Assembly: GCA_934255455.1 (NCBI GenBank)
Contig: CAKQNS010000001.1
Location: 33,826 to 97,825, forward strand
Reading direction: 5' to 3'
DNA length: 64,000 nt
DNA from: an uncultured Alphaproteobacteria bacterium
GTDB taxonomy: Bacteria; Pseudomonadota; Alphaproteobacteria; Rs-D84
Part shown: positions 1-8,974 of the stretch, piece by piece
Numbering within the stretch: position 1 is the stretch's first letter
How the letters are laid out: every line of letters starts with the position of its first letter
The notes under the pieces: generated by a model
What the model saw: only the letters and a program-made list of their open reading frames with translations
Told to the model about the DNA's origin: nothing
Database searches by the model: none
Made by a program: the position numbers and the translations under genes

Positions 1-108
1 AAACAGGGTTTCAAGAAAAAATAAGTTCCTGCGCCGTTGGCGTTATGGTTATTTTGTGTCCGACAAGCGTGCGTTTGCCGGGCGCTTTTTTATGCAATTT
101 TACGCGCG

Positions 109-780
109 TTATAAATCGTTCATAAACGCTTCTCGGATTGCGGCGTCGGCCTCGGCCCCGGACAGGCCTGCGCCACGCAAATATTCTATTTGAAATTCGG
201 TTGGGCGGAAAATTGCCGCACTGTGATCGGCCGATTTTGGTATTGCACAAATACGCTGGGCCGGCATAAATTCAATTCGTGCGGTTTTGTCTGCAATGGC
301 GGAAAACGCAACATCAGAAACGGCATTTTTTGCATTTTTATCAATAATTGCTGTGGCCGACAATTTTGATTTTGAATTTTTCCCGGCAATCAATTTATTT
401 TTTATACAAATTGTTGTGTCTTCGTTGGCGTGTTCTGCGATGCAAGTGTAATTTAACTCGTCATCATTTTCCAATAATACACCGCCACGAATTTCAGAAT
501 TTTTCCCGGTGTTTTTGATAAAAATGTTCAAAAAAGCCGGCTTTTTATTTTTTACGCGCACCGATAAAACGACCGCCTGATTTGGTACTAAAATATCAAT
601 ATTTAACCGGCATTTACCGGCAATTTCGCCAACATATATAATATGAACCGGCAAATCATAATTTTTATCAATTTCGGTCGATTTTAATGTTGATAAATCG
701 GCGCAAAACACCCCATCGCGGTAAACAACTGTTTCCGCGGGTATGGTTTTTATATTGAATTCATTCCACATGTATGACAT
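109..780 (-). CDS. SufD-like Fe-S cluster assembly protein (short, C-terminal beta-helix region only)
   Basis: 223-aa ORF. The C-terminal ...AIFRPTEFQIEYLRGAGLSGAEADAAI resembles the SufB/SufD C-terminal signature (HGATVG..D.E.LFYL.SRGI). It is about half the usual SufD length. Confidence 0.4.
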   Translation of the reverse strand: MSYMWNEFNIKTIPAETVVYRDGVFCADLSTLKSTEIDKNYDLPVHIIYVGEIAGKCRLNIDILVPNQAVVLSVRVKNKKPAFLNIFIKNTGKNSEIRGGVLLENDDELNYTCIAEHANEDTTICIKNKLIAGKNSKSKLSATAIIDKNAKNAVSDVAFSAIADKTARIEFMPAQRICAIPKSADHSAAIFRPTEFQIEYLRGAGLSGAEADAAIREAFMNDL

Positions 781-807
781 ATTATTCGCATTATAAAGGA
801 TTTAGTT

Positions 808-1887
808 ATGGGATTCAATTGTGGAATTGTCGGATTGCCAAATGTTGGTAAATCAACACTGTTTAATGCATTGACACAATCGGCGGCGGCCGACGCGCAA
901 AACTATCCATTTTGTACAATCGAACCAAATACTGGTCGCGTTGTTGTGCCGGATGAAACATTGCTGAAATTGGCGGCGGTTGATAACAGTGCGAAAATTA
1001 TTCCAACCCAATTGGAAATAGTTGATATTGCCGGCCTGGTGCGTGGCGCATCTAATGGCGAGGGGCTGGGGAATAAATTCTTGGGCAATATTTTATCAAC
1101 AGATGCGATTATTCATGTGGTGCGTTGTTTTGAAAACGACGATATAGTGCATGTAAACGGCCGTATTGACCCATTGGACGATATTGAAACGATTGAAACC
1201 GAATTGATGCTGGCCGATATGGAAAGTATGGAAAAACAGATTAAAAATCTGGAAAAAAAGGCGCATGGTCTGGATAAAAATGCAATTAAATTATTGGCCG
1301 ATGCAAATATTATTCGTTCCGGATTGGCGGCAGGCACCCCTGCGCGCAATTCGGGTGTAGATGCATCGCCGTTTAACCTGTTGACGGCAAAGCCGGTAAT
1401 TTATGTATGTAATGTCGAAGAATCGGCCGCCGCAACCGGTAATAAATATTCTGATGCGGTCCGCGCCAAATATGGCGATGCGGCACCGGTATTGGTTATT
1501 TCATCAAAAATTGAAATGGAAATTTCACAAATTGTAAATCCAGATGAACGAAAAATGTTTTTATCGGACCTGGGTTTGGCACAATCCGGTCTGGAACGGG
1601 TTATAAAAACAGGTTATGAAACATTGGGGCTGCAAACATTTTATACTGTTGGCCCCAAGGAAGCGCACGCATGGACAATCACCCGTGGTATGACCGCGCC
1701 CCAGGCCGCCGGTAAAATTCATACTGATTTCGAACGTGGTTTTATTCGTGCCGAAATTATTTCGCCCGCGGACTATATTGCGCTGGGGGGCGAGGTTGCC
1801 GTCAAAGAGGCCGGAAAAATGCGCCTGGTCGGCAAAGAATATGTTATGCAAGAAGGTGATATTTGTCATTTCTTGTTTAATAATTAG
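808..1887 (+). CDS. ychF: ribosome-binding ATPase YchF/Ola1
   Basis: N-terminal G1 motif GIVGLPNVGKSTLFNALT and a C-terminal TGS-like region. SD aaagga lies upstream of the ATG at 808. Confidence 0.9.
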   Translation: MGFNCGIVGLPNVGKSTLFNALTQSAAADAQNYPFCTIEPNTGRVVVPDETLLKLAAVDNSAKIIPTQLEIVDIAGLVRGASNGEGLGNKFLGNILSTDAIIHVVRCFENDDIVHVNGRIDPLDDIETIETELMLADMESMEKQIKNLEKKAHGLDKNAIKLLADANIIRSGLAAGTPARNSGVDASPFNLLTAKPVIYVCNVEESAAATGNKYSDAVRAKYGDAAPVLVISSKIEMEISQIVNPDERKMFLSDLGLAQSGLERVIKTGYETLGLQTFYTVGPKEAHAWTITRGMTAPQAAGKIHTDFERGFIRAEIISPADYIALGGEVAVKEAGKMRLVGKEYVMQEGDICHFLFNN

Positions 1888-1920
1888 AAATAGTGATAAA
1901 GTTTTAGAATAAAAAAACGA

Positions 1921-2050
1921 TATCAAGACCATTGTCATTCCTGCGTAGGCAGGAATGACAAGTTTTTAAGTTCTCTATTCTAAAACTTATTCACTATCTC
2001 ACTCTATCACTATAACACTCTATCACTTTAACAATATCTCACTTCTTCAT
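1921..2050. repeat. dispersed repeat copy R1: cattgtcatt...aatgacaag palindrome plus degenerate tandem ctatcact octamers
   Basis: The palindrome and the gttttagaata / agtgatagag modules recur in reverse orientation at 36245-36330. Confidence 0.5.
1932..1967 (+). terminator. intrinsic terminator after ychF, formed by a repeat-family palindrome
   Basis: 13-bp perfect stem ttgtcattcctgc/gcaggaatgacaa with a gtag loop, followed by gttttt. Confidence 0.55.
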
Positions 2051-2117
2051 TTTCCCCGTTATTGGTAAAAATTAAATGTGGAAATGGATAAAAAAGTATA
2101 TTATTATGCGATGCGTT

Positions 2118-2193
2118 GCCGGTGTAGCTCAGCTGGTAGAGCATCTCATTCGTAATGAGGGGGTCGTAGGTTCAAGTCCTATCACCGGCACCA
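2118..2193 (+). tRNA. tRNA-Thr (anticodon CGT)
   Basis: Cloverleaf readable by eye: acceptor gccggtg/caccggc, anticodon stem tctca/tgagg, loop ttCGTaa, T-arm ggttcaagtcc, and a 3' CCA is encoded. Confidence 0.75.
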
Positions 2194-2198
2194 GAATT

Positions 2199-2231
2199 AA
2201 AAAAGCGCGGTTTTATCCGCGCTTTTTTTTT
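2199..2231. terminator. bidirectional intrinsic terminator between tRNA-Thr (+) and the hypothetical gene (-)
   Basis: Hairpin aaagcgcgg-tttta-tccgcgcttt flanked by A and T tracts on both sides. Confidence 0.6.
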
Positions 2232-2244
2232 GCATAAATTAAAA

Positions 2245-2751
2245 TTATTTTTGCAATTGCATCGCATATTGATTCAGTGCCGCAACTTGGGCCTGTTTTT
2301 TCTGTAATTTTGCCAATTGTTTTGCGTGTGCCTCGGCATTCATACCACGGTTTATAAGGTTTTCATTTAATTTATCGACCCATTTAATCAAATATTCAGC
2401 CTGTTTTTTTGTAATCTTTAATTGTGGATCTGGGTTGTGACGTTTCAGAATAACACGGTCTATCATTTTTTCACCGTAAAACACATCGCCGTTATCCTTG
2501 ATAATCATAGATTGTTTTTCAAACAATTTATTATTCACAATTTCAGAACTGATAATAACGCTGATATATTTTTTGAACTCTGGGCCTGTTGTTTTTACAC
2601 GAATGTTTTCCTGGCTTTTACGCATAATATATTTCAGTGTTTGCACACCATCATCACGCAATTTTTTTACCAGTGTGCGCTTTTCAGAAACAGTCAATTT
2701 TTTATCGTTTTCCATAGATTTTTCCTTTATTTTATGTTGACTATAATACAA
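2245..2751 (-). CDS. hypothetical lysine-rich basic protein in an AT-rich islet
   Basis: 168-aa ORF; the start could instead be the internal MENDKK at 2715. No family recognised. The local base composition is markedly AT-richer than the neighbouring genes. Confidence 0.45.
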   Translation of the reverse strand: MYYSQHKIKEKSMENDKKLTVSEKRTLVKKLRDDGVQTLKYIMRKSQENIRVKTTGPEFKKYISVIISSEIVNNKLFEKQSMIIKDNGDVFYGEKMIDRVILKRHNPDPQLKITKKQAEYLIKWVDKLNENLINRGMNAEAHAKQLAKLQKKQAQVAALNQYAMQLQK

Positions 2752-2828
2752 TTTGTCATTAAATCAAGTTATTATTATTCCATTGTATACTTGCATTTTT
2801 TATAAATCCGGTGTATAAATTGCGGGAA

Positions 2829-2861
2829 ATGAAACAAACAGCAATCATTATTATAAAATAA
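2829..2861 (+). CDS. candidate ileS leader peptide MKQTAIIIIK (four consecutive Ile codons)
   Basis: ATG AAA CAA ACA GCA ATC ATT ATT ATA AAA TAA, read directly from the sequence. It lies 55-85 nt upstream of ileS and immediately before a terminator hairpin. Confidence 0.45.
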   Translation: MKQTAIIIIK

Positions 2862-2887
2862 CCTGGCACGGCGCTTTGGCGGTGGCT

Positions 2888-2911
2888 GGGGCGCACGGCG
2901 CCCGTTTTTTA
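2888..2911 (+). terminator. intrinsic terminator / attenuator in the ileS leader
   Basis: Stem gggcgc-acg-gcgccc followed by gtttttt, ending 5 nt before the annotated ileS ATG. The upstream gene is on the opposite strand, so this is not a conventional gene-end terminator. Confidence 0.55.
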
Positions 2912-2915
2912 TATA

Positions 2916-5900
2916 ATGGCAAAACAAAGGTATAAACCAATGGCATATCCAAAGACCGAACCGCGCGCAGATTTTCCTGCACTGGAACAGGAAATATTGG
3001 AATTTTGGCGCAGTGACGATACTTTCCATAAATCATTGAACCAGACAAAACTGGGACATCCGTTTTCTTTCTATGACGGGCCACCGTTTGCAAATGGTTT
3101 GCCACATTGGGGGCATTTGGGTGTATCGGCGGTCAAAGATATGATTTCGCGCTATCAAACAATGCGTAGTCGTCATGTTGTGCGTGAACTGGGGTGGGAT
3201 TGCCACGGGTTGCCGGCGGAATCATCTGTTGAAAAAAAGCAAAAACGCCAGGCCAAAGATATTGTTGCAACCGACGGTATTGCAGCATTCTGTGATATGT
3301 GCCGCAGTGACGTTATGACATATTCAACCGAATGGTTGAAATTTATTGAACGCATTGGTCGTTGGGTTGATGGTGGCGACGGATATGGTTATCGCACCAT
3401 GGATAAAAATTATATGGAATCGGTTATGTGGGCGATAAAGGAATTACATAATCGTGGCCTGTTATACAAAGATTATCGTGTAAATCCATTTGATTGGAAA
3501 CTGGGCACGGTTCTGTCTAATTCCGAGGCATCAAGTGAATACCAAGATGTCACCGATGATGCAATTACCGTGTGGTTTGAATTAGAAAATGGTGATCGTG
3601 CAATAGCATGGACAACAACACCATGGACATTGCCCGCGAACAGTGCGCTGGCGGTGAACCCCGATATGAAATATCTGCGTATGCGTGACACCGATGGGGC
3701 GGTTTATGTCATTGCTGAATCGCGGCTAAAATCGTACGAAAAACAATTGGCAAATGCTACACAAATTGATGCTGTATTCGGTCGCGATTTGGTTGGCATA
3801 AAATATAAACCATTGTTTGATTATTATGCGGGGACATCTGATTTATTATATCAAATTATTCCGGCGGATTATGTGTCCGACGGTGATGGAACCGGCATAG
3901 TGCATATTGCCCCCGCGTATGGCGAGGATGATTTCTGGGCGGCAAAAAATATTGACCCGAAATTCCCAGTAATTTTGAATGTTGATGACTATGGAAATTA
4001 TACATCTGATGTTCGTGATTGGGCGGGCGAAAATATTTTTGATGCAAACCCAAAAATTATAAATCACCTGCGCGAAAATGGCCATTTGGTTAAAAAAGAA
4101 CAACATCGTCATTCATACCCGTATGGCCCACGCAGCAAAGAAAAATTGATTTATCGCGCGACTGATTCTTGGTATATTGATGTGCCAAAAATCCGTGAAC
4201 GTTTGGTTGAAATAACAAAATTGCAAACCAAATGGACATCGGCTGGTGACCGTTTCTTGACATGGATAGAAGGTGCGCGCCCATGGTCAATTTCCCGTAA
4301 TCGTTTCTGGGGAACGCCATTGCCGATTTGGACACGCGATGGCGAATATAAAATATTTGGTTCAATCGCCGAAATCGAAGAATTCTTTGGCGTGAAAATA
4401 AATGACCTGCACCGACCGACACTGGACGCATTAGAAAAAGACGGTTGGAAACGCATCCCTGATGTTTTGGATTGTTGGGTTGAATCGGGTTCTATGCCAT
4501 TTGCATCATTGCATTATCCGTTTGAAAATGCCGATAAGTTTGCGGCAACTTTCCCCGCCGATTATATTATCGAAGGCCAAGATCAAACCCGTGGTTGGTT
4601 TTATTCATTGATGGTTATGGCAACCGCATTGTTTGACAGCCCCGCGTTTCGCACGGTTTCGGCAAACGGTATGATTGTTGATGAACACAAAAAGAAACTG
4701 TCCAAGTCTGTTGGTAATTTTGTAAATCCCGAACAGCAGATTGAACAATCGGGCGCAGATGCCGTGCGTTTGTTCATACTGGGGTCTGGGTTTATGAAGG
4801 CCGAACCAGTATCTATTGATATGGCGGGCAAGGTGTTCAGTGACGCCACAAAAACAATTCTGACCCCACTGTGGAACGCATATCATTTCTTTACACTGTA
4901 TGCGAATGCCGGCAACATTGTTGCGACGGACAATTTCAACACAGACAATGTATTGGATAAATATATTATTGCCGAATTAAACGAACTGATTCGTGTTGTG
5001 GCCGCGGCATTAGATGAATATAAACCAGATGTTGCAATCAAAGAATTCGTACGATTCTTGGATGTATTAAATAATTGGTATATTCGTCGGTCGCGCGCGC
5101 GTTTCTGGGACGAAGATGTGGATGCGTTTAATACATTGCATCGCGTGTTGACAACCGTTTGCAAATGTCTGGCGCCGTTTGCACCATTTATCAGTGAATA
5201 TGTTTATAAAAACCTGACGGGGGCGGAATCTGTACATTTGGAATCGTTCCCAGTGGCAACCGACACAGACGACGCAATTGTTCGTGATATGCGCGGGGTG
5301 CAATCGGTTGTATCGGTTGGAAAACAGTTGCGTGAACAATACAAACTGCGCAATCGTTTGCCATTGGCCAAAATCACGATTGCGGGTGGCGACCTGCATG
5401 CGTATGCCGATATTATTGCCGACGAACTGAATGTAAAGCATGTCGATTTTACACCAAATATCGGTGATGTTGCCGACAGTTTTATTTACCTGATTACACC
5501 AAAGATTGGCGCGCGTCTGGGTGGTGCATTACGCGAAATTATACCGGCTGTAAAGCAAGGCAAATATGAAATTGCGGGCGATAAATTGATTGTTGGTGCG
5601 CATACATTGAACGCCGACGAATTTGAAAATCGTTTGACCGTGTTGCCGGGAATCACCGGTGCCGCATTGCCAGATAACACCGCGGTTGTCGTTCTGGATA
5701 CCGAAATCAACGCCGAATTGGTTGCCGAAGGATTGGCAAACGACGCCCTGCGATTTATCCAAGATTCACGCAAAACGGCGGGATTGGATGTGTCGGATCG
5801 TATTAAATTGACATACAATGCCACGCCCGCCCTGGCCGCCGCGATTGATGCACATCGCGACCGCATTATGTCGGATGCATTGATTGTTGATATGTCGCGT

Positions 5901-5966
5901 GGCGATGGTGAATATGAAACAGAAATAGAGGGTTATAACCTGTCTATTGGAATACACAAGGCATAA
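2916..5966 (+). CDS. ileS: isoleucyl-tRNA synthetase, type 2 (eukaryote-like)
   Basis: Motifs FYDGPPFANGLPHWGH (HIGH region) and KMSKS-like KKLSKS. A type-2 N-terminus (YP..ADF..LE.EIL.FW). The start may instead be the ATG at 2940 (MAYPKTEP...), which has an aaaggt SD. Confidence 0.95.
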   Translation: MAKQRYKPMAYPKTEPRADFPALEQEILEFWRSDDTFHKSLNQTKLGHPFSFYDGPPFANGLPHWGHLGVSAVKDMISRYQTMRSRHVVRELGWDCHGLPAESSVEKKQKRQAKDIVATDGIAAFCDMCRSDVMTYSTEWLKFIERIGRWVDGGDGYGYRTMDKNYMESVMWAIKELHNRGLLYKDYRVNPFDWKLGTVLSNSEASSEYQDVTDDAITVWFELENGDRAIAWTTTPWTLPANSALAVNPDMKYLRMRDTDGAVYVIAESRLKSYEKQLANATQIDAVFGRDLVGIKYKPLFDYYAGTSDLLYQIIPADYVSDGDGTGIVHIAPAYGEDDFWAAKNIDPKFPVILNVDDYGNYTSDVRDWAGENIFDANPKIINHLRENGHLVKKEQHRHSYPYGPRSKEKLIYRATDSWYIDVPKIRERLVEITKLQTKWTSAGDRFLTWIEGARPWSISRNRFWGTPLPIWTRDGEYKIFGSIAEIEEFFGVKINDLHRPTLDALEKDGWKRIPDVLDCWVESGSMPFASLHYPFENADKFAATFPADYIIEGQDQTRGWFYSLMVMATALFDSPAFRTVSANGMIVDEHKKKLSKSVGNFVNPEQQIEQSGADAVRLFILGSGFMKAEPVSIDMAGKVFSDATKTILTPLWNAYHFFTLYANAGNIVATDNFNTDNVLDKYIIAELNELIRVVAAALDEYKPDVAIKEFVRFLDVLNNWYIRRSRARFWDEDVDAFNTLHRVLTTVCKCLAPFAPFISEYVYKNLTGAESVHLESFPVATDTDDAIVRDMRGVQSVVSVGKQLREQYKLRNRLPLAKITIAGGDLHAYADIIADELNVKHVDFTPNIGDVADSFIYLITPKIGARLGGALREIIPAVKQGKYEIAGDKLIVGAHTLNADEFENRLTVLPGITGAALPDNTAVVVLDTEINAELVAEGLANDALRFIQDSRKTAGLDVSDRIKLTYNATPALAAAIDAHRDRIMSDALIVDMSRGDGEYETEIEGYNLSIGIHKA

Positions 5967-6623
5967 ATGACACCGACCCAGTATTTTGAAATTGTGCCGT
6001 CACGGCTGAATATGGATATTCGTTCGGAATTATATTTTATAAACGAATTCACGTTCGCCGTGGCTGTCATTTTGTCGGCCCAGGCAACTGATAAAAAGGT
6101 GAACGAGGTCACACCACAATTATTCAAAATTGCGCCGACGCCCGCAAAAATGATTGCGCTGGGGCTGGACGGATTAAAGCAGCATATTCGTGTTATTTCA
6201 TTTTTTAATAACAAGGCAAAAAGTATCATCGGTCTGGCGTCGCAATTGATGGAATATACCGGCAATGATGATGCGAATTATAAATTCCCGGAAAAATTTC
6301 ATAATCGCGATGAATTGATGAAATTACCCGGCATCGGGCAAAAGACCGCAAATGTCGTAATGAATGTTTTGTGGGACGCGCCAAACATTGGTGTCGATAC
6401 GCATGTTTTCCGCAATGCACATCGCTATGGCTGGGTCGGTGCGGACGCAAATACCCCCGAACGCGTTGAACGCGAACTGTTAAAAATAATTCCAAAAAAA
6501 TATCACGCAATTTGCAATCATGTGATGGTTTTGCACGGGCGGTATATATGTCGCGCACTTCGTCCAAAATGTGCCGAATGTCCCGTTGCACATATTTGTA
6601 ATGCATCAGATAAAACGATATAA
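5967..6623 (+). CDS. nth: endonuclease III (DNA glycosylase/AP lyase)
   Basis: HhH motif LPGIGQKTANVVM and a C-terminal 4Fe-4S cysteine cluster C..C..C...C. Confidence 0.9.
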   Translation: MTPTQYFEIVPSRLNMDIRSELYFINEFTFAVAVILSAQATDKKVNEVTPQLFKIAPTPAKMIALGLDGLKQHIRVISFFNNKAKSIIGLASQLMEYTGNDDANYKFPEKFHNRDELMKLPGIGQKTANVVMNVLWDAPNIGVDTHVFRNAHRYGWVGADANTPERVERELLKIIPKKYHAICNHVMVLHGRYICRALRPKCAECPVAHICNASDKTI

Positions 6624-6626
6624 AAA

Positions 6627-6652
6627 GACCGGCATTTGCCGGCCTTTTTATG
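6627..6652. terminator. bidirectional terminator between convergent nth and pheT
   Basis: ccggc-attt-gccgg hairpin flanked by aaaaa and ttttt. Confidence 0.5.
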
Positions 6653-6655
6653 TTT

Positions 6656-8959
6656 TTATTTGTCGCGAATACGCGCATTACATTTCGATTCTACATTTTT
6701 TATAACCGCATTTTGCAATGCCATTAAATCAGAATCGGACATATTATCGGTTGGTACAATTGTGATTGTAAATGCAATTGATTTATTGCCATCGGGCATT
6801 GCAAATGCATCAAACACAATTGCGTCTGTAATACGATTATCCGCACTGCGCGCCGCCGAAACCAATTTTTCCGCCGGTGTGTCATTGTCTACGATGAACG
6901 CAAAATCGCGCGTTATTGGTTGGAAATCTGATATATGCGGCTCGCGCGGTTTACGGGCGGACGGCAAATTATCAACATTGTCAATCAGCGCAACCATAAC
7001 ATTCGTTTTGATTTTCATTTCACGTGCAACAATTGGTGACAATTCACCAAATTCGGCAATCTTTTTCTTGCCCTGGTAAATCGCGCCATATCGGAACGGA
7101 TGCGCCCAACGCGGCGGGTTGTCGGTTGAAACAGTAAAACGTTGACCGTGCATTAATGAAATTAAATCGGCCTTGACATCATAAATATCAAATAGCCGTG
7201 CACGGCCCGCCCAATGCCGTGGTGTGGTCATGCCAGTGCGAACAATACAAATTTGTGTATGCTGGGCGCCGGGCGTGTCGCCATCAAACACGGTGCCCAA
7301 TTCAAACATAGACAAATCGGAATATCCGCGCTTTTCATTATTTGCAACAAATTGCAATAAATTGCCCAACAGCGAATTGCGCACCGTATCCATTTCAACA
7401 ACGATTGGATTTGCAACCGAAATAATTGGCGCATCAGAAATTATTTTTTCAATTTTTGAATTACCAAAACCAAACGATTTACATTCGTACAGGCCGCGTG
7501 CCGCCAATTCAGATTTTGTTGTGAAATAGTAATCATTGTGCGTCGCCGCGTCGGATGGTCTGTGTGCGGCAACATTGGCCAATTTGTTATAACCATATAT
7601 GCGCAATAATTCCGCCACCAGGTTTTCTGGCAAAACAACATCAACGCGCGCCGGCCGTGGTGAAATACTCCATTTGTTGGCGCGTGCCGATACATCAAAA
7701 CCTAATTTTTCAAATATAGCGCGTTGTTCGTCTTGCGGCATGTCAATGCCAGTTTTTTTCAAAAACAATTCCGGCGAATATTCAATTGTGATGCGCCCTG
7801 ATGGAACTTTGCCGGCAATACCGGTACCGGCAATTTCGCCACCGCATGCGTCCATAATTATTTTCGCCGCGCGTGCCAATGCAATGCCTGTAATTGTTGG
7901 ATCAATACCGCGTTCATAACGATATGATGCGTCGGTCGATACACCAATGCGCTTGGCCGATTTACGCACAGATACCGGGTCAAAATACGCACTTTCCAGA
8001 ATAATATTTTTTGTTTTGTCGGTTGTTGCGCCACGTGCGCCACCAATCACACCGGCCAGTGCCAAAATACCCATATCGTCGGTAATAACCATATCGTTAT
8101 CGGTCAATTCATGTTCCGCGCCAAACAGGTCGGTAAATTTTTCACCGGCCGCCGCCATACGAATAACTATGTCGCCATGAATTTCATCGGCATCAAAGCA
8201 ATGCATTGGTTGTGCCATGTCATAACAAATATAATTTGTTGCATCAATCGGTGCGTTTTTCGGATTGATTCCAATCGCGCGCAAACGCGCCGCAATTGTT
8301 TTATTGCTGGGCGCAACCGTTATATTATTTATTTCACAGAATTGATACACCGGGCATTTATCTGTTTTAATAATGGCATTGCGCGATGCATTGACCGGCG
8401 CAAGCGTTTCATCGGTTTGCGCAATATATTCACCCGCACCCGCCGCGGCCAGGTCACGCGCAATTCCGCGTACCGCCAAATAGTCTGGCCGGTTTGGTGT
8501 GATGCCTGCATCAAATACAATTGGTGTGTCCATTACCGGCGCGCCAATTTTTGTATCATCCGGCAATTCAATAATGCCACTGTTGTCGTCGTTTATGCCT
8601 AATTCCGCGCCACTGCACATCATACCGTTTGACATAACACCACGCAGTTTTCCGGCCGAAATTTCGTGTCCCTGGATAACGCATCCCGGCAACGCCAGTG
8701 CAGATACCAATCCCACGCGTGCGTTTGGTGCGCCACATACAACCTGGCGCGGGGTACCGGTGCCATCGTCAACCTGTAATATATGCAGGTGGTCACTGCC
8801 CGCCAACGGGTCGCATTGAATAATTTTTGCGGCAATCGGGGCAACAGGAATGATTAAATCTTCGACCTCGAGCCCTGTGCGTGTCAATGTGTCGGAAATT
8901 TCCGTGGCCGACGCATCTGTTTTCAAATAATCTTTTAACCAATCAAATGTCCATTTCAT
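6656..8959 (-). CDS. pheT: phenylalanyl-tRNA synthetase beta subunit
   Basis: 767-aa ORF with the typical N-terminal tRNA-binding domain (MKWTFDWLKDYL...) and B3/4 and B5 regions. Confidence 0.95.
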   Translation of the reverse strand: MKWTFDWLKDYLKTDASATEISDTLTRTGLEVEDLIIPVAPIAAKIIQCDPLAGSDHLHILQVDDGTGTPRQVVCGAPNARVGLVSALALPGCVIQGHEISAGKLRGVMSNGMMCSGAELGINDDNSGIIELPDDTKIGAPVMDTPIVFDAGITPNRPDYLAVRGIARDLAAAGAGEYIAQTDETLAPVNASRNAIIKTDKCPVYQFCEINNITVAPSNKTIAARLRAIGINPKNAPIDATNYICYDMAQPMHCFDADEIHGDIVIRMAAAGEKFTDLFGAEHELTDNDMVITDDMGILALAGVIGGARGATTDKTKNIILESAYFDPVSVRKSAKRIGVSTDASYRYERGIDPTITGIALARAAKIIMDACGGEIAGTGIAGKVPSGRITIEYSPELFLKKTGIDMPQDEQRAIFEKLGFDVSARANKWSISPRPARVDVVLPENLVAELLRIYGYNKLANVAAHRPSDAATHNDYYFTTKSELAARGLYECKSFGFGNSKIEKIISDAPIISVANPIVVEMDTVRNSLLGNLLQFVANNEKRGYSDLSMFELGTVFDGDTPGAQHTQICIVRTGMTTPRHWAGRARLFDIYDVKADLISLMHGQRFTVSTDNPPRWAHPFRYGAIYQGKKKIAEFGELSPIVAREMKIKTNVMVALIDNVDNLPSARKPREPHISDFQPITRDFAFIVDNDTPAEKLVSAARSADNRITDAIVFDAFAMPDGNKSIAFTITIVPTDNMSDSDLMALQNAVIKNVESKCNARIRDK

Positions 8960-8974
8960 AATATAACCCCCACA

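Noticed and set aside
2422-2805. Long ORFs antisense to or overlapping strong housekeeping genes, many GC-rich or Arg/Cys/His-rich. Examples: 2422-2805, 3173-3355, 21289-21660, 21402-21854, 23012-23554, 50015-50794, 58644-59552, 60012-60647, 62848-63783.
   Set aside because: These are shadow frames of well-supported genes on the opposite strand or in another frame. Their composition (R/C/H/P-rich, no SD, no family) is typical of non-coding frames.
2770-2915. A T-box riboswitch upstream of ileS.
   Set aside because: No convincing T-box sequence (AATTAGGGTGGTACCGCG-like) or specifier-loop architecture. The Ile-run mini-ORF explains the terminator better.
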